A stretch of DNA of 64,000 nucleotides from the NCBI GenBank assembly GCA_044226625.1, contig JBGAGQ010000006.1, positions 96,001-160,000 on the forward strand, read 5' to 3'. The position numbers were made by a program, and so were the translations under genes. This stretch comes from Thermoanaerobaculia bacterium (GTDB lineage: Bacteria > Acidobacteriota > Thermoanaerobaculia > Multivoradales > UBA5704). Positions 63,600 through 64,000 of the stretch are shown here, piece after piece. The notes under the pieces were generated by a model. The model was not told the origin of the DNA. It saw only the letters and a program-made list of their open reading frames with translations, and did not search any database. The number at the start of each line of letters is the position of its first letter. The first letter of the stretch is position 1.

Positions 63600-64000
63600 T
63601 CATCCGGCGTGGGCGAGGTTCCCCGCCTCCGAGGCGAAGGTCGACACGGACTCCGCGGGTCCGATCTCCAGCTCGAGCATTCGCCCGCCCATCGGCGCGA
63701 GCAACAGCTTGCGGCCTTGATCTAGGTCTTCGATCTCCAGGGCCCCGGTCGTGATCTCGGCCAGCAGGAACGCGCATCCTCCCGCCGCGTCGCCATGGAA
63801 CCGCCAGCCGGCGCGCAAACGCTGCCACCGGGTGGACGACCAGGCGCCCAGGGTCCCCCAGGGCAACAGCAGCCGAGAGCCGAGCCCGGCGGCCTGCAAG
63901 CCGGCGGCTCCCCCGATCCGGGGCACGAGGCTTCCGAGATCGAGCCCGGCCGCGAGGAGATCGGTTTCGAGGTCCGCCTCGAGACCGGCCACGCCGCCCG
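63600..64000 (-). CDS. 3' end of a hypothetical protein (probably starts beyond window)
   Basis: Open frame with host-like codon usage; no family recognised. Confidence 0.4.
   Translation of the reverse strand, partial: GGVAGLEADLETDLLAAGLDLGSLVPRIGGAAGLQAAGLGSRLLLPWGTLGAWSSTRWQRLRAGWRFHGDAAGGCAFLLAEITTGALEIEDLDQGRKLLLAPMGGRMLELEIGPAESVSTFASEAGNLAHAG

Noticed and set aside
63490-63828. 112-aa ORF overlapping the DUF4332 start
   Set aside because: Arg-rich off-frame composition; the alternative frame ending at 63600 has more protein-like composition.

Overview
High-GC (~70%) bacterial chromosomal window. Gene families and protein styles suggest Acidobacteriota, probably Thermoanaerobaculia (inference). 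Core genes include gcvT, ppk1, recO, pta-purD, ricT/PSP1-hfq-like-pdxA, yqeY-selB and moeA. Large secreted proteins include a trypsin-ricin protease, a metzincin, an ExeM-type nuclease and a thaumatin-like protein. Main leads: (1) an unannotated 58-aa double-glycine RiPP precursor with 7 Cys and 7 Ser/Thr in its core (62790-62966), next to the thaumatin-like gene, and an orphan REC-GAF-HlyD plus C39-peptidase ABC exporter 24 kb away, suggesting a dispersed RiPP system; (2) an AT-rich DnaA-box cluster with a perfect IHF site between convergent genes (oriC/datA-like, ~13.9-14.1 kb); (3) a 123-aa helical orphan gene beside a 21-bp periodic array, a REP-like triplet and a 190-bp palindrome (17.7-19.05 kb); (4) a DEAD-box protein lacking motifs III and VI; (5) three decayed genes (vapC with an amber stop, an Rpn/DUF4351 deletion, a frameshifted Na+/solute symporter). 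No rRNA, tRNA or CRISPR array was found. All family calls come from motif recognition by eye; no database searches were run.
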